Source: Botryllus schlosseri (taxonomy: Eukaryota). Taken from it: a DNA stretch of 64,000 nt. The translations under genes and the position numbers were made by a program. A model generated the notes under the pieces. The model was given only the letters and a program-made list of their open reading frames with translations. It did no database searches and was not told the origin of the DNA. The first letter of the stretch is position 1; every line of letters begins with the position of its first letter. The stretch is taken from contig CM119371.1 of NCBI GenBank assembly GCA_051294905.1, positions 36,458,001-36,522,000 of the forward strand, written 5' to 3'. Shown piece after piece: positions 62,808 to 64,000 of the stretch.

Positions 62808-64000
62808 GTTATTATATAGGTGTGCGCACTGCGCAGCGTGCGAGAGTGGAGCTTACGCGTAAGTTCGTCGAAGCGAGAAGACTTGCTTGCATTATCGGCA
62901 TTTACGATGTACTCTACCCTAATGAATTGAAATCTTGGTAAATTTTGGGTACCGGGCTTATCAATCGCTTTGAAATCTTAATTAAGGATTGCACCGTGAT
63001 AGTGATTTAGTTGATCAGAGAGAAGCAGACATGGCGGCACCTGTATGACAATGCTGTTTTCAAATCCACATTGCATTGTCATTATCGGCGAGAAATGGCT
63101 CTGAAGTGACGTATTGATGTCGATAAAACATATTCATTAAATACGATTTATTCCTTGTATATATGCGCGAATAATGTATCCTTTCAGCAATCCGGCCCGC
63201 CAAGTACTTAATTTCCCTATATCCTGCCCGCTGACTGGAGAAGTTGCGCGCCCCTGCTCCGTAAGAATATCATCGCATCGCATTTCCGGTACATTGGCAC
63301 GAGACACGTGCAAGTTTGAAGTAAATACTCGCCAAATCATCTATAATATAGGCGCACCCATAAAATATCCCAGCTACGGGCGATCAATACTGCAGCGATC
63401 TGAGTGATTATTAGTACAGTATTAGGTTGAGGTTAGCGTGGCGAGAATTTCAAACTATATCTACCCCACTTCCTGATCTATAATCCTAATGGGAGATCGT
63501 TTGAAATGTGACCAATAAGATATCTCGCTATGTAAATACTACAAATGTGCGGACAATATTTCAGAAGAAATGTAATTATCAATCACATTGAGTTATTAGT
63601 ACGTTGCGTCATGATTGCTTGTAAGCTGTCGTCACTCAAGGAATGAGGTAGTTGGAGTGGACCACATTACCAATTATTGCGTCACACGATAGCCTACAAT
63701 TTGCTCGGAGACGTCGTGTCTAGACTCAATAGAATATCGGATCAACATTACTGTTGTCATTATTACATCACAAAATCATGTCATTCCAAGTGCTCCTAAA
63801 ACCGTTGCACAAGCGTGTATTTGTTCCTACACAGCATTCAATAGTTCACGTTCACACATAACAAAAGCGACCGTATTCCGTGAACAGCGATCAACGTACG
63901 CTTCATGAAGCATGCACAGATCACGATAAAATGTATAAAACACCTAAGTATGGAAGTATGGAAATGTCGTTCCATACCATAGATTAAAATCTTCCATTCC

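Noticed and set aside
59739..64000. Upstream PLC exons (PH domain / first EF hand)
   Set aside because: No in-frame exon with PLC-like sequence was found; the region appears intronic and repeat-rich.

Overview
Eukaryotic, intron-rich animal DNA. An invertebrate chordate such as an ascidian is plausible but is inferred, not shown. Left to right: the 5' half of RPL18 (- strand, 4 coding exons) head-to-head with a complete 19-exon OFD1-like gene (+, about 1146 aa, spliced by hand in one frame); three tandem uronyl 2-O-sulfotransferase-like genes with intronless CDSs (-, two intact, one pseudogene with frameshifts and a hAT MITE); and the 3' 13 exons of a delta/eta-type PI-phospholipase C (-). 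Non-coding DNA is rich in hAT MITEs (8-bp TSDs), pogo/Tc-type MITEs, a tRNA-derived SINE, CR1/L2-type LINE fragments and a 596-bp fold-back. The most striking feature is a Penelope-like pseudo-LTR family carrying a minimal type I hammerhead ribozyme: 14 copies at 10 loci, all in RPL18/OFD1 introns. It includes a young TSD-bounded element with an inverted pLTR and a GIY-YIG tail, and a conserved pairing between the 5' leader and loop II. All coordinates and alignments were read by eye; no database search was run.
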